64,000 nt of DNA. Origin: Nitrospinales bacterium (lineage in GTDB: Bacteria; Nitrospinota; Nitrospinia; Nitrospinales; VA-1). The DNA lies in assembly GCA_965262115.1 (NCBI GenBank), contig OZ253496.1, positions 2,048,001 through 2,112,000 on the forward strand. The letters run 5' to 3'. The notes under the pieces were generated by a model, which was given only the letters and a program-made list of their open reading frames with translations, searched no databases and was not told where the DNA came from. Shown here piece after piece: positions 1 through 10,484 of the stretch. Position numbers and translations under genes: made by a program. Numbering within the stretch: the first letter of the stretch is position 1; each line of letters starts with the position of its first letter.

Positions 1-549
1 GTTTGAAGCATCCACCCGCTTGGGGTCAATGACCAACAGGTTGTTGCCGAGAAAGGTGGCCGCACTTTTAAGATGCAATCCTTTGGTCACGGCGACAGGC
101 ACTATCTTTTTGGAGGTGAGTTTGGCAAGCGCATGGATAGCTCTCAAATTGGTGCGTTTAGAAAGTCCGACAAAAATTGCATCGGGAGTGTCCATCACAT
201 CCCCGCCGTCGAGGGTCGCTGGGGAATCGAGGGTTACACAGTCCCCATATGTTTTCAGCACAGCAGCGGTGGATTGGACTTCATCCTGACGCGAGAGTTC
301 TTTCATCGGGCAAAGCAGGATTTCATCTGCAAGGATAACGGCGGTGTCTTCCACAAACGTGGCATCAGGGAGGTTATCTTGAATGGGCAGGTACTCCACT
401 TTGCATCCGGCCCGCTTGAGAGCTTCCACATAATTTTCGTGTTGGCTGAGAGCGGTTGCAAGGTCGATATTATTCTTCCCCGGATGCTCCGATAAAGCCT
501 GGGGGAATTTCAGGCCAGGTTTTCTCACTAATGCCGTGAACGTGGGCAT
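1..549 (-). CDS. Dimethylarginine dimethylaminohydrolase / amidinotransferase family protein (3' end outside window)
   Basis: Not in the ORF track. Manual translation from ATG 549 gives MPTFTALVRKPG...QHENYVEAL...LPDATFVEDTAV...LDGGDV...VGLSKRTN...LHLKS, all typical DDAH motifs; the frame is open to the window edge. Confidence 0.85.
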   Translation of the reverse strand, partial: MPTFTALVRKPGLKFPQALSEHPGKNNIDLATALSQHENYVEALKRAGCKVEYLPIQDNLPDATFVEDTAVILADEILLCPMKELSRQDEVQSTAAVLKTYGDCVTLDSPATLDGGDVMDTPDAIFVGLSKRTNLRAIHALAKLTSKKIVPVAVTKGLHLKSAATFLGNNLLVIDPKRVDASN

Positions 550-569
550 ACGAGGCTTCCTTCAGCGAT

Positions 570-1043
570 TCAGTCGCAGGTGGGGGTGTTCATCATCCGG
601 GAAAAATAAAGCATGGGAAAAAGCTTTTTGGCTTTCCTGAGAATTTTCATGGTGGCCTTGTTGGGTTTGAGTCCATTCGCGATTTTGTCAGGCCGGGCGA
701 TATAAGTCAGTCCACTAATCATGGTGAAATCGTGGCGGTTAAAACGCATGACTTTGCGTTGATATTCATCGGGGTGACCAAAAATTTTATCCAGTTGAGG
801 AACAAACCTTTCTTCTACTGCATAAAGCTCTCCATGCATCATCCCGGCATTATCATTGGTTGGCTCGATGTTGGCTAACCCTAGTTCTTTTTGTCCTCCG
901 TTATCGATGGGGACTTTGTTGAAGACCAGTTGCCAGGCCGAGAGCGTTACGGAAGATTTGAATACATATTCCAGTCCCTGTTCCTTAAAATAATCTTCAT
1001 TGATCAATTCGTTGTACGCGAAAAAATGGATGACATCAGCCAT
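570..1043 (-). CDS. Gamma-glutamylcyclotransferase (AIG2-like) family protein
   Basis: N-terminal FFAY, LVFNK, ANIEP, HGELY and LD..GHPDEY pattern of the GGCT fold; some canonical residues have diverged. Confidence 0.65.
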   Translation of the reverse strand: MADVIHFFAYNELINEDYFKEQGLEYVFKSSVTLSAWQLVFNKVPIDNGGQKELGLANIEPTNDNAGMMHGELYAVEERFVPQLDKIFGHPDEYQRKVMRFNRHDFTMISGLTYIARPDKIANGLKPNKATMKILRKAKKLFPMLYFSRMMNTPTCD

Positions 1044-1325
1044 TATTAATACTCCTGTTCCAAGTCATTTAACTTATGGGCCTTATTTGATTTCACCCCA
1101 GGGTCCCCGGCAAAGAGCTTGCCGGTCATGGGGAAATTATGATAGTATCAAAAAAATCATTCCTACGTGGTCGTCATTTTCAGTTTGATGGGTATAATTT
1201 TCAAGCCAGGGCGATTCTTGCAAAATGAATTATCAGCAATAGACTGATTCTATAAAAATATATATATTTTCCCGGAAGAATTCGATTAAAGGGTGATTAT
1301 TTCTTTCTAATTTAAGGAGTTGTTT

Positions 1326-1658
1326 ATGTCAGCCAAAGTGGTCACGGTTTCCGACGCCGAATTTGAGCAAACGGTTCTAAAGTCTGACAAGCCGGTTATG
1401 CTGGATTTCTGGGCCGAGTGGTGCCAGCCCTGCAAAATGCTCACGCCTACCGTTGAAGAGCTTGCTGGGGATTTTGAGGATCAAATCCTGGTGGGGAAAA
1501 TAAATGTGGATGATAACCCCACTACCGCAACCACATATGGCATCCGCGGTATCCCGACTCTGCTTTTCATCAAGGGGGGACAGGTGGTTCAGCAGATTGT
1601 AGGGGTAAAATCGAAAGCGGAAATCAAGAAAGTCATCGAGGAAAACCTGCTGGCTTAG
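1326..1658 (+). CDS. trxA: Thioredoxin
   Basis: DFWAEWCQPC and GIRGIPTL motifs; AAGGAG RBS upstream of ATG 1326. Confidence 0.95.
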   Translation: MSAKVVTVSDAEFEQTVLKSDKPVMLDFWAEWCQPCKMLTPTVEELAGDFEDQILVGKINVDDNPTTATTYGIRGIPTLLFIKGGQVVQQIVGVKSKAEIKKVIEENLLA

Positions 1659-1691
1659 ACCAACTGGCTTTCCATAAGAGTTTAAATAAAT

Positions 1692-1733
1692 AAACCCCCT
1701 TTTCCCGATTGGTAAAAGGGGGTTTTGTTGTTT
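1692..1733 (+). terminator. Rho-independent terminator (possibly bidirectional, trxA/bioB)
   Basis: AAACCCCCTTTT...AAAAGGGGGTTTT stem followed by a T-rich tract between convergent genes. Confidence 0.8.
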
Positions 1734-1740
1734 TGACCGG

Positions 1741-1860
1741 GCCACGCTCCTTGGCAGGAGGGGAACTGGGCAAGAACCCGTTAAGCCGAGACAACTCGTT
1801 GCTCGCCAGCAAAAGTTATGGCTACTGGCCCCCGCCGAGTGGGCGGAGGTTCTCCGCTAA
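1741..1860 (-). repeat. Modular intergenic repeat copy (GCGGAGAACCTCCGC REP + CCACTCGGCG-GGGGCC end)
   Basis: Reverse complement matches the copies at 41435, 55544 and 36524; overlaps the bioB stop. Confidence 0.75.
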
Positions 1861-2849
1861 ATAGAGGTATAGACCGGGCGCAGTCCCAAGCCTTCGATCA
1901 TGTCGATATCTCTTTTCGGGTCTTGGCCTTTGGTCGTGAGATAGTTGCCTCCCAGAATTCCGTTGGCCCCGGCAGAGAACAGTCGTTCCTGCTGGTCGGT
2001 CAGCACTTCTTCCCGTCCTCCGCAGACGAACAGGTCGATATCCGGTAAGATCAGCCGCAAAAGGGCGATGGTTCTGAGGGCCTCATAATGTTCCATGGGT
2101 TCCAGATGGTCGAGCCCGGTTCCCTCAATCGGTTTTAGAAAATTGATAGGAAAAGATTGTGTGCCCAACTCGCGAATGGAAAAAGCCAGTTCGGCCCTTT
2201 GCGCGAACGATTCCCCCATCCCGAAGATTCCGCCCACGCAGACTTGCAGTCCCGCCTCCTTGGCGTTTTGTACGGCATTGACCTCATCTTCATAGGTATG
2301 GGTGGTAACGATTTTATCAAAATGGCTTTTTGCAGTTTCCAGATTATGGTGGCACCGATCCAGTCCCGCCGCTTTCAACTCCTTCAAATGTTCCAATGGC
2401 ATCAGCCCCAGGGAGCAGCAGGTTTCAAGCTGGGTTTCAGCCTTGATACGTTTAATGGCTTCTATCACCCGGTCCAATTCCTTTCGGTCATCGAGAGAAG
2501 TTCCAGAAGCAACGATGGAAAATTCATTAGATCCAAACGCTTCAGCCTCTTTCGCGGCAGCAACGATTTCCTCGACATCCATGAGCTCATATTCAGGCGA
2601 ATCAGTCTTGAACGAGCTCGATTGTGCACAGAAGGAACAGTCTTCCACGCACCGACCGGATTTTGCGTTGACGATGGAGCAGATTTTAACGTCCTGTCCT
2701 TTATACTGCTCACGAATGCGGTTGGTCCCTATAAAGAGATAGTCCAGTTCGTCGTGGCTCAGCGATTCCAGTTGTAAAGCCTGGTCATAAGAAATCGATT
2801 GGCCTTTCAAGGCGGTGTCGACCATAGAATCTATCAATTCTTTACGCAT
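1857..2849 (-). CDS. bioB: Biotin synthase
   Basis: NAKSGRCVEDCSFCAQS radical SAM motif, HHNLET, VCVGGIFGMGE and GNYLTTKG. Confidence 0.97.
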   Translation of the reverse strand: MRKELIDSMVDTALKGQSISYDQALQLESLSHDELDYLFIGTNRIREQYKGQDVKICSIVNAKSGRCVEDCSFCAQSSSFKTDSPEYELMDVEEIVAAAKEAEAFGSNEFSIVASGTSLDDRKELDRVIEAIKRIKAETQLETCCSLGLMPLEHLKELKAAGLDRCHHNLETAKSHFDKIVTTHTYEDEVNAVQNAKEAGLQVCVGGIFGMGESFAQRAELAFSIRELGTQSFPINFLKPIEGTGLDHLEPMEHYEALRTIALLRLILPDIDLFVCGGREEVLTDQQERLFSAGANGILGGNYLTTKGQDPKRDIDMIEGLGLRPVYTSI

Positions 2850-2901
2850 TGAATTTTTCGTTCTCTAAGGGTTGAAATGAGGGCCTTATCATAGAGCTTC
2901 T

Positions 2902-4986
2902 TCACTCATAACTCAATAGATTCACCAATTCTTCTGCAGAATGGACGGGAGCGAGGCAGATCCCTTGTCGACAGACATAAGCGGTGCCTTTTCCTTTCAC
3001 CAGTTTCCGGTCTTTTAACAGGGGGATTGATTTCCCGGCGCTTTCAATTTCGTCCTCATAGGAGAAGGCAAAAACTGCGTTCGGATAAAACCCTTTACGC
3101 AGGGTATCGAGCAGTTCCTGTGTGGCGGGGTCATTTCTTTTTCCCACCACGGCAACCTCTTTGAGTCCGCCAAGATATAAATGCAGAGCCTGGAGCATGA
3201 AGGCCGAGTTGAGGCCATACTCCATCAGTTCGTCATTAAAACTTAAAAATATCTTTTCTGCCTTTTGGGACAGGGCGGGGTCGGCCAGATAGGCGGAAAG
3301 CCGTAGCAGGGATAGGGCCGCGTTGCTGTTTCCGGCAGGTTCTACCCCATCGTAGCCGCTGATTTGCCTCACCAACAACTCTTCCCCGTCGCTCGCTGTC
3401 TCGTGAAACGTGCCGTTTTCATTGTAGAATTTGTCCTCCACCCTCTGCATTAGTTCGCGAGCGGTTTGAATATAATGGGGTTCATAAGTGGCTTCATACA
3501 AGTCCATGCAGGCCGTGGCAGTGGCGGTGTAATCGCACAGGTAGCCGTCATAGCGAGCTTCTCCATCGCGATAGCGCCGCAGGATTTTTCCTTCAGGCGT
3601 GCGTAACCGGGTGAGAATAAACTCCATGGCGCGTGCAGATTTCTGTATCCGATCTACATCGTCCAGCACCCTTCCTGTTTTTGCCATGGCGCTGATCATC
3701 AGGGCATTCCAGGAAGTGAGAATCTTGTCATCGAGCAGAGGGCGGATGCGCTGACTGCGAACTTCAAGAAGCTTTTCCCGGGCGCTTTCAAGTTCGGCCC
3801 TGGCATCGGCCTCCTGCATACCCACTTCTTTGGCGACAGTTTCCGGTCCCCGGGTGACGTTTAAAATATTTTTGCCTTCAAAGTTTCCGTCAGGAGTGAT
3901 GTTGTAATAGGAGATCGCAACGCTTGCGGTTTTTCTTCCGAGAATCTTTTCGACTTCCTCCTGAGTCCATACATAAAACTTGCCTTCAACTCCTTCGCTG
4001 TCGGCATCTTCAGCGCTGAAGAAGGCGCCTTCTTCGGAAGTCATATCCCGGTCAATATATTGCAAAAGGTCGTTGGCAAACTCGGCGAACTCTTTTTTAC
4101 CGGAGACCTGATAGGTTTCAATCAAAGCGGTGGTGAACAGGGCGTTATCATAGAGCATTTTCTCGAAATGCGGCACCAGCCATTTGTAATCTGTGCTGTA
4201 ACGCGAAAGTCCCCCACCGATCTGGTCATAAATTCCGCCATACTTCATAGCCTTGAGCGTATTTTCTGTCATCGTCAGGCTGTTGGCGTGTCCCGTGCGG
4301 TGATATTGCCGGAGCAGGAGTGACAGGCCCATCGAAGGCGGAAATTTATTTTGCTGTTGAAACTGAAAGCCGTGGTTGAGCCGGTCATAATGTTTTTCAA
4401 ATAGCTCGACGGTTTTGTCTTCCCCGGCAAAGTCCAAATCGTCCGGCTCGGCGGAGCTCGGTTCGCGGGTGGAAGATTGGCGGATATAGTCCACCAGAGC
4501 TTTAGTCTGCTTGCCAATTTTGTCCTGCTCGTTTTTCCAGGTATTGATGAGAAACTGCAGGACATCCAGAAAAGAGGGTAAGTTATGGCGGCGCTCAGGC
4601 GGGAAATAAGTGCCGCCGTAAAAAGGGATCCCGTCCGGTGTCAGAAATACATTGAGCGGCCAGCCACCCTGCTGGCCCAAAGCCTGCACCGCTTGCATGT
4701 AGATACTGTCGACATCCGGTCTCTCTTCGCGATCCACCTTGATGCTGACGAAACTTTCATTGAGCACTGCCGCCAGAACCGGGTCTTCAAACGATTCATT
4801 CTCCATCACATGGCACCAGTGGCAAGTGGCATAGCCGATGCTCACCAGAACCGGCAGGTTTTTTTCCTTGGCGATCTTGAATGGTTCGTCGCCCCACGGA
4901 TGCCAGTTAACCGGATTGTGTGCGTGTTGCAGAAGATAAGGACTTTTTTCTGTTATGAGTAAATTTGTGTAGGTGTGTTCAACCAT
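2902..4986 (-). CDS. Thioredoxin domain-containing protein (YyaL/SSP411 family)
   Basis: [34 protein letters not shown] and [12 protein letters not shown]. Confidence 0.93.
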   Translation of the reverse strand: MVEHTYTNLLITEKSPYLLQHAHNPVNWHPWGDEPFKIAKEKNLPVLVSIGYATCHWCHVMENESFEDPVLAAVLNESFVSIKVDREERPDVDSIYMQAVQALGQQGGWPLNVFLTPDGIPFYGGTYFPPERRHNLPSFLDVLQFLINTWKNEQDKIGKQTKALVDYIRQSSTREPSSAEPDDLDFAGEDKTVELFEKHYDRLNHGFQFQQQNKFPPSMGLSLLLRQYHRTGHANSLTMTENTLKAMKYGGIYDQIGGGLSRYSTDYKWLVPHFEKMLYDNALFTTALIETYQVSGKKEFAEFANDLLQYIDRDMTSEEGAFFSAEDADSEGVEGKFYVWTQEEVEKILGRKTASVAISYYNITPDGNFEGKNILNVTRGPETVAKEVGMQEADARAELESAREKLLEVRSQRIRPLLDDKILTSWNALMISAMAKTGRVLDDVDRIQKSARAMEFILTRLRTPEGKILRRYRDGEARYDGYLCDYTATATACMDLYEATYEPHYIQTARELMQRVEDKFYNENGTFHETASDGEELLVRQISGYDGVEPAGNSNAALSLLRLSAYLADPALSQKAEKIFLSFNDELMEYGLNSAFMLQALHLYLGGLKEVAVVGKRNDPATQELLDTLRKGFYPNAVFAFSYEDEIESAGKSIPLLKDRKLVKGKGTAYVCRQGICLAPVHSAEELVNLLSYE

Positions 4987-5010
4987 TTCTTTGTTGTGGA
5001 ATTGTCTTTT

Positions 5011-6264
5011 CTAAAGCTCTTCGAATCGCCGGAAAAAATCCGGAAATGATTTTTCCACGCAAGTGGGATTTTTGATACGGACTCCAGGTATTTTTAATCC
5101 GGCCACCGCGAAGCTCATGGCCATGCGGTGGTCGTTATAAGTTTCGATTTCGGTGCCCGAATAATCTCCCGGTTTTACGATGAGGGTGTCTTCTCCGGCT
5201 TCGATTTCCGCGCCCAGACGGGTTAATTCTGCCGCCAATGCATAGATGCGGTCGGTTTCTTTGATCCTGAGGTTGCCGATCCCCTGAATCACGGTTTCCC
5301 CTTTGGCGAATAGAGCTGTTACGGCCAAGGTCTGCACTGCATCCGGCATATTATTCATATTGATGGTGATTCCCCTTAAAGGGTTTCCTTTTATATGCAG
5401 GGTGTTGGCTTTTTTTTCTACCTGGCACCCCATTTTTTCCAGAACCGAAGTGAATTGCGCGTCTCCCTGAACGCTGTCGGGATTGATACCGGTGAGGGTC
5501 ACTTCTCCACCAGTCACTGCTGCTGCTGCCAGAAAATAAGAGGCGCTCGACCAGTCGCTTTCCACCCGGTAGGTCTGGGATTTATAGCGGTCTCCGGCTT
5601 TGATTTTGAAACGCTGATAACTCTCATTTTCAACATGGACCCCGAAAGTCTTCATGATGTCGAGAGTAATGTCGGCATAAGATTTGGAAGTGAGGTCTCC
5701 CTGGATATGAACGCAGGTGTCGTTTTTGAAATAAGGCGCTGAAAGTAAAATGGAAGTGAGATATTGACTGCTTTTATCACCGGCGAGTTTGATCTCTCCT
5801 CCCGGTACTTCTCCGCCTGCAATATCTATCGGCGGACAGCCGTTGCCATTAGCCGATACCGCCTGGACTCCCATTTGCGTGAGACAATCCAGAAGGTCTG
5901 CCAGAGGCCTTTCGTGCATGCGTTCATCACCGTCGAGCCGGGTTTTCCCTGGTGCCAGGGCAGAAAAGGTTGTGAGAAACCGCATGGTGGTTCCAGCGTT
6001 GCCAATAAAAATATCTTCGCCGGGTGAGGAAAGTTTTCCACCCGTTCCGGAAACGATAAAGGTTTCTTTTTCTTCCTGAACCGGAATTCCGAAGGCTTTA
6101 AGAGCGCGGATCATGTATTTCGTGTCATCGCTCACCAGCGGTTTTTCTAAACGGCATTCTCCATCGGTGAGTCCGGCGATCAGCAATGCCCGATTGGTAT
6201 AACTTTTAGAGCCGGGAAGGGTGACAGTCGCTTTAAGATTCTGTACAGGCTTAATTTCTATCAA
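5011..6264 (-). CDS. aroA: 3-phosphoshikimate 1-carboxyvinyltransferase
   Basis: PGSKSYTNR, GNAGTTMR, SSQYLTS, RIKETDR and DHRMAM; TTG start. Confidence 0.97.
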   Translation of the reverse strand: MIEIKPVQNLKATVTLPGSKSYTNRALLIAGLTDGECRLEKPLVSDDTKYMIRALKAFGIPVQEEKETFIVSGTGGKLSSPGEDIFIGNAGTTMRFLTTFSALAPGKTRLDGDERMHERPLADLLDCLTQMGVQAVSANGNGCPPIDIAGGEVPGGEIKLAGDKSSQYLTSILLSAPYFKNDTCVHIQGDLTSKSYADITLDIMKTFGVHVENESYQRFKIKAGDRYKSQTYRVESDWSSASYFLAAAAVTGGEVTLTGINPDSVQGDAQFTSVLEKMGCQVEKKANTLHIKGNPLRGITINMNNMPDAVQTLAVTALFAKGETVIQGIGNLRIKETDRIYALAAELTRLGAEIEAGEDTLIVKPGDYSGTEIETYNDHRMAMSFAVAGLKIPGVRIKNPTCVEKSFPDFFRRFEEL

Positions 6265-6433
6265 GGTCTGAAAAAAATTGAGGGTTTAAAGTAAGGAAAT
6301 ATACCACAGCCCCACGCCTAGTGGGCCCGACTGTTGTTTCGATTGGGGGATTCTGATATGATCGGATTTTCTAAAGGGGTTCGGTTCAATTATCTTTATG
6401 TTTTTAAAGGCTCTTGGGTAGTGGGGTGTGGGT

Positions 6434-6727
6434 ATGGCCGAGAATGAAAAAGAATCCTTATGGTACCGGTTGTGGGATCACAGGCAACTGAAAGAGAAAC
6501 AGCGTCTGCGGTCGTTTGTCCCTTATATCCTTTATGGGATCGCAGTTTTTTACGGGATCATTTATTTGTCAATTCTCAATACTGTCAACCGGGAGAAAAC
6601 AGGGACCACCGTTAAAACCTGGTTTGGAGGAGATAGCCAGGCAATCATTGACGCCAGAGTAAAAGAAGAACAGGAAATTAAAGAAAGTTTTAAAGCTTTG
6701 CGCAAACGTGTCTCCGGTGGCCACTAG
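6434..6727 (+). CDS. Hypothetical single-pass membrane protein
   Basis: Clean ORF with one hydrophobic helix; the stop lies within a repeat end (CCACTAG). Confidence 0.65.
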   Translation: MAENEKESLWYRLWDHRQLKEKQRLRSFVPYILYGIAVFYGIIYLSILNTVNREKTGTTVKTWFGGDSQAIIDARVKEEQEIKESFKALRKRVSGGH

Positions 6728-6847
6728 CCAGCGTGACGCTGGACCCAAATTATAATAGCTTTTGTTTGCCAGCAAAGAGTAATCTCGGCTGAATAAGTAA
6801 AAAAGCAAGTCTTGTGATAGAAGAAAGTTTGATTTCCCCCTGATAAG

Positions 6848-7028
6848 GAGAGCTTTGCATAACCAGAGACTCTCATTGATCCTCCCCTCTCATGAGGGGA
6901 GGCAAGGCGTAGCTGCGGAGGGGTGTGGATTATTTTTACGGAATTCATAATCCAACCCTCCCCTGGCCCCTCCCTATGAAGGGAGGGGAAATTTCTGCTT
7001 CCGCATTTTCTACTTACGCAAAGGTCTC
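6848..7028. mobile_element. MITE copy 1 (181 bp), TSD CCTGATAAG
   Basis: TIRs GAGAGCTTTGCATAA / TTACGCAAAGGTCTC; 9-bp direct repeats at 6839-6847 and 7029-7037. Confidence 0.9.
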
Positions 7029-7058
7029 CCTGATAAGGGGGAATGAGGGGGTTTAGGT

Positions 7059-7126
7059 TGTCATGCTGGGCTAGTGATATTTGACCTTTGAATTCTTGCC
7101 CCGCAGGGGTATCTCGAAGCATCTCG
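7059..7126 (-). repeat. REP-like palindrome with a 39-bp internal insert
   Basis: Reverse complement aligns with 18113-18180. Confidence 0.75.
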
Positions 7127-7194
7127 CTCCTATGATTTTTCGACTTGCGTAGCGGTAAAAAATTGTTTCTAACTGTTTGCGGAGATATTCCTCC

Positions 7195-7743
7195 ATGAAA
7201 CGTTTAGTATTTATTTCTAACTGGTTTTACCTGTTTTCTCTCTGCCTGTGGGTCGGGGGCATGTTCCTGTTGGGTATTCTGGTGGAAATCATGGTGCGGA
7301 TTAATTTGAAGGACCAGCCACAGGTGGCCAGTACCATCATGAACAAAGTCATGGATGTTTTCAATGTCCATATCATCTATACCTGCATCACATTTATGGT
7401 TTTGGCTGAGGTGATCAAGTTTCTCGTGGCCCGATACAGTTCTGCCGGTTATGAACCGCAAGTGGTGACAAAACGTAAATACACCCGCGAGGTGTGCCTG
7501 GCGGTCATGATCGTTTTGGCTTTGTATATTGGTAGCGTTCTCAGGCCAGAGATGCACGCCATGGACCAACTCAAGAAAGCCAATCCCGCCGACCAGAGAC
7601 TACAAATCCAATTCGATCGTTTCCATTCCAAGCTGACCTGGATTTATACGGTAAATATGATTCTGGGTCTGAGCTTGTTCTATATTAACGGCAAGGAGAT
7701 GGCCCACTTCCGGGCTACTGGGCGTGAGGCCAATGAGCAATAG
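7195..7743 (+). CDS. DUF4149-like four-TM membrane protein
   Basis: LWVGGM near the N-terminus, four hydrophobic helices and a C-terminal FDRFH motif. Confidence 0.7.
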   Translation: MKRLVFISNWFYLFSLCLWVGGMFLLGILVEIMVRINLKDQPQVASTIMNKVMDVFNVHIIYTCITFMVLAEVIKFLVARYSSAGYEPQVVTKRKYTREVCLAVMIVLALYIGSVLRPEMHAMDQLKKANPADQRLQIQFDRFHSKLTWIYTVNMILGLSLFYINGKEMAHFRATGREANEQ

Positions 7744-7880
7744 CTTATTACTGCTGACAACTGTGTCCTCGGCTCCAGGAGCCATTGCCCAATTTACCCC
7801 TCCCAGGGGAATGGGCCGAGAGGCCGACTGAGGGCATGATAAAGATATTGCAAGTTACCAGCGGAGGTTCTCCGCTTAAG
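7717..7880 (+). repeat. Modular intergenic repeat copy
   Basis: GGCGTGAGGCCAATGAGCAATAGCT...GCCATTGCCCAATT...AAGATATTGCAAGTTACCAGCGGAGGTTCTCCGCT; matches 10481-10669. Confidence 0.75.
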
Positions 7881-8807
7881 TGGGTGTTGGTATGTTCTGC
7901 CTTTTTTCTTTTTGGGGTTTCTTCTGTTCAGGCTAAGCATGCTGGTGTGGAGCATGATGAGTCTGGAGAATCCAAAACTTCCATCGCCCGACTCGATCCC
8001 GATGACGTTTTAAATATGTCCTTCATTCAAGCCGGTAAATTTGTCCGGGGTTCCAATTTTGAAGGGAACAAGGAGGCTTTTAAAATGTGCCGCAGGTATG
8101 ATAAGTCCTGCAAGCTCTGGTGGTTCTCCGATGAGTACTCAGAGAAACTGGTGATGTTGGACAATTACTGGATAGATATTGATGAAGTGACCAATGAAAA
8201 ATATTTGGAGTTTGTCAAAGCCACCGGGCACCCCCCTGCTTTAGATGATTCCTGTAGCACCGATGCGTGCCGGGAAGGAAACTTGTGGGAGGGAGCATCT
8301 TTTCCTCGGATGATCCGTAAGCAACCTGTTACACAGATAAGCTGGTATGATGCGAAAGCCTACTGCAAATGGCGGAGCAAGCGTCTGCCTACGGAAGCGG
8401 AGTGGGAAAAAGCTGCCCGCGGTCCCGCTGGGAGCATGTACCCATGGGGCAATGCCTCCCCCAAGGGCCGGGCCACCTTTAATCGAAAATGGAAAGGGGT
8501 CCTCACCATGACCAATGTTGGCAGTTACCCTAACGGAGTCTCCCTTTATGGATTGCATGATATGGCTGGTAATGTCTGGGAATGGGTGGACGACTGGTAT
8601 CACCGTACCTATTATACTCGAGGCCCTAAAAATAATCCCAAGGGCTATACCGAGGGCGAGTTTAAATCCCTTCGCGGTGGGTCTTGGGTCAATTTTCCCG
8701 ATTCCTTGCGGAGTGCGTTTCGCAGGTGGAGTCGGCCCGATGTCCGGTTCAACGATACTGGTTTTCGTTGCGCTAGGTCCGCATCCCCTGATTTTGAATT
8801 CAGATAA
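7836..8807 (+). CDS. Formylglycine-generating enzyme (FGE-sulfatase/SUMF1) domain protein, probably exported
   Basis: RLPTEAEWEKAARG, GLHDMAGNVWEW, RGGSW and GFRCA; signal-like N-terminus; start position uncertain. Confidence 0.9.
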   Translation: MIKILQVTSGGSPLKWVLVCSAFFLFGVSSVQAKHAGVEHDESGESKTSIARLDPDDVLNMSFIQAGKFVRGSNFEGNKEAFKMCRRYDKSCKLWWFSDEYSEKLVMLDNYWIDIDEVTNEKYLEFVKATGHPPALDDSCSTDACREGNLWEGASFPRMIRKQPVTQISWYDAKAYCKWRSKRLPTEAEWEKAARGPAGSMYPWGNASPKGRATFNRKWKGVLTMTNVGSYPNGVSLYGLHDMAGNVWEWVDDWYHRTYYTRGPKNNPKGYTEGEFKSLRGGSWVNFPDSLRSAFRRWSRPDVRFNDTGFRCARSASPDFEFR

Positions 8808-8813
8808 CCATTT

Positions 8814-10484
8814 ATGACTGATAAACCAAAAAGATCTGATGAGTTGACCGACCAAGAACGGGAGTTGTTAAAACCCTACGTCTCGGATGTCGATGCAAAT
8901 GTGTTTGCCCTGGAGAACCTGAATTCGGAAGTGATCGGTGGAGCTCTGGCCCGTTACAGCCGGGCGCCGACCGGATTCAAGGAAACGGTCGTGCGCGAGT
9001 TTTTGAATCCGGATGGCAGTCCCAACGATGTCAAGGGTTCCCAAATGATCGACCGTGTGGTCAACAAGTTTGGCGATGAATCTGTCGCCGAGTTGGCGGT
9101 TGCTCCCTTGTGCATAGAAGAAATCTCCAACCTGATGACCAAGGTCATCGAAGATTGCAGGATAGGCGGTTCGCCCATCGAAGAGTCGACCCGCTATGTT
9201 CTCTACGACGCCAAAAAGAACGGACGCTGGCGTTATGTGTGTCCGAGTAATATCAAGGAGTCCGAACTCGGAAATGCTTTCGTGGCCAACATGGATTTTC
9301 TTTTTGAAACCTATGCGCAGATGGTGGAACCCATGAAGGCGTTGTTTCAAAAGCGCCTGACTCCGGAAGCGTTTGAGATCGAGGTGGAACGCGATGGCAA
9401 GATTCAAAAAGCGGGACGGAAATCCCTTGAAGACGAGAACGAAATCAAGGCGCATCGCATCGCCTACAATTTCACCATCCGCAGTGCGGCGTGCGATGTG
9501 ATCCGCTGTATTCTTCCTGCCTGCACCCAGGCCAATGTCGGGCTGGTGGGCAACGGGCGGTTTTTTTCTGGTCTGATTACCAAACTGCTGTCGCACGATT
9601 TATGCGAAGCGCATGAGCTTGCCGTGTCGATTCGCAAAGCCCTCAATACCCAGATCCCCACTTTCATCAAACGGGCCGGACGAAATGCCTATGTGGCGGA
9701 CAATCACCATGCCATGAGGAATTTGTGCCGGGAACTTTTTGCCTCGGTCGAAATCGAAACCTCCGCCGAAGTGGAGTTGCTGGAAGACAGTCCCGAAGAC
9801 CAGCGGATCAACCTGCTGTCCAATATGATTTTTCCTTATGTCCAGCATTCTTCCTGCCAGATTCGCGCCATCGTGACGTCTTTGCCTGAAGAACGCAAAA
9901 ATCAAATTTTTGCAACCTATATTGGGTCGCGGCAGAGCAAGCGCGACCGCGCCGGCAGGGCGTTGGAATATGGTTATCCCATCCAATTTGATATCCTTGC
10001 CGGATTCGCCGAGTACCGCGACCTGCAACGTCACCGCATGCTCACCCAGCAAAGGCAGGACCTGGGTATCGACCTGGGTTATTCGGTGCCGGAGGAAATT
10101 GACGAGATCGGCATGAGTCAGCAGGTGCAGGAATGTTTCGAGCGCACCGAGTCATTGCACCGTGACCTGAAACGGACCGGGATGAAGCAGGAAGCGCAAT
10201 ATGCTACCCTGTTCAACCACTTCATCCGCTGGAACATGGGCATGAACCTCAGGGAGTTGGGGCATTTTGTTGAACTGCGTACCCAGAAGGCCGGTCACCC
10301 CAAATACCGGCGCACGGCGCAAATGATGGCCGCGCTCTACCTCAAACGCCATCCGGAGATGGAACCGGTTCTCAAATTCGTCGACTACAACGACTACGAT
10401 GGTGGCATCACCCGTGCGGATCAAGAAGCCCGCACGGCCCGCAAAAGCCTCGCCTCCAACCTCTTCGACGACCAAGACTGCTAG
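8814..10484 (+). CDS. thyX: FAD-dependent thymidylate synthase (long, two-domain form)
   Basis: ARYSR, FGDESVAEL, ESTRY, RDLQRHR and HFVELRT motifs of the tandem ThyX family. Confidence 0.8.
   Translation: MTDKPKRSDELTDQERELLKPYVSDVDANVFALENLNSEVIGGALARYSRAPTGFKETVVREFLNPDGSPNDVKGSQMIDRVVNKFGDESVAELAVAPLCIEEISNLMTKVIEDCRIGGSPIEESTRYVLYDAKKNGRWRYVCPSNIKESELGNAFVANMDFLFETYAQMVEPMKALFQKRLTPEAFEIEVERDGKIQKAGRKSLEDENEIKAHRIAYNFTIRSAACDVIRCILPACTQANVGLVGNGRFFSGLITKLLSHDLCEAHELAVSIRKALNTQIPTFIKRAGRNAYVADNHHAMRNLCRELFASVEIETSAEVELLEDSPEDQRINLLSNMIFPYVQHSSCQIRAIVTSLPEERKNQIFATYIGSRQSKRDRAGRALEYGYPIQFDILAGFAEYRDLQRHRMLTQQRQDLGIDLGYSVPEEIDEIGMSQQVQECFERTESLHRDLKRTGMKQEAQYATLFNHFIRWNMGMNLRELGHFVELRTQKAGHPKYRRTAQMMAALYLKRHPEMEPVLKFVDYNDYDGGITRADQEARTARKSLASNLFDDQDC

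Noticed and set aside
20..495. Plus-strand ORFs of 89 and 140 aa
   Set aside because: They are antisense shadows of the minus-strand DDAH-like gene
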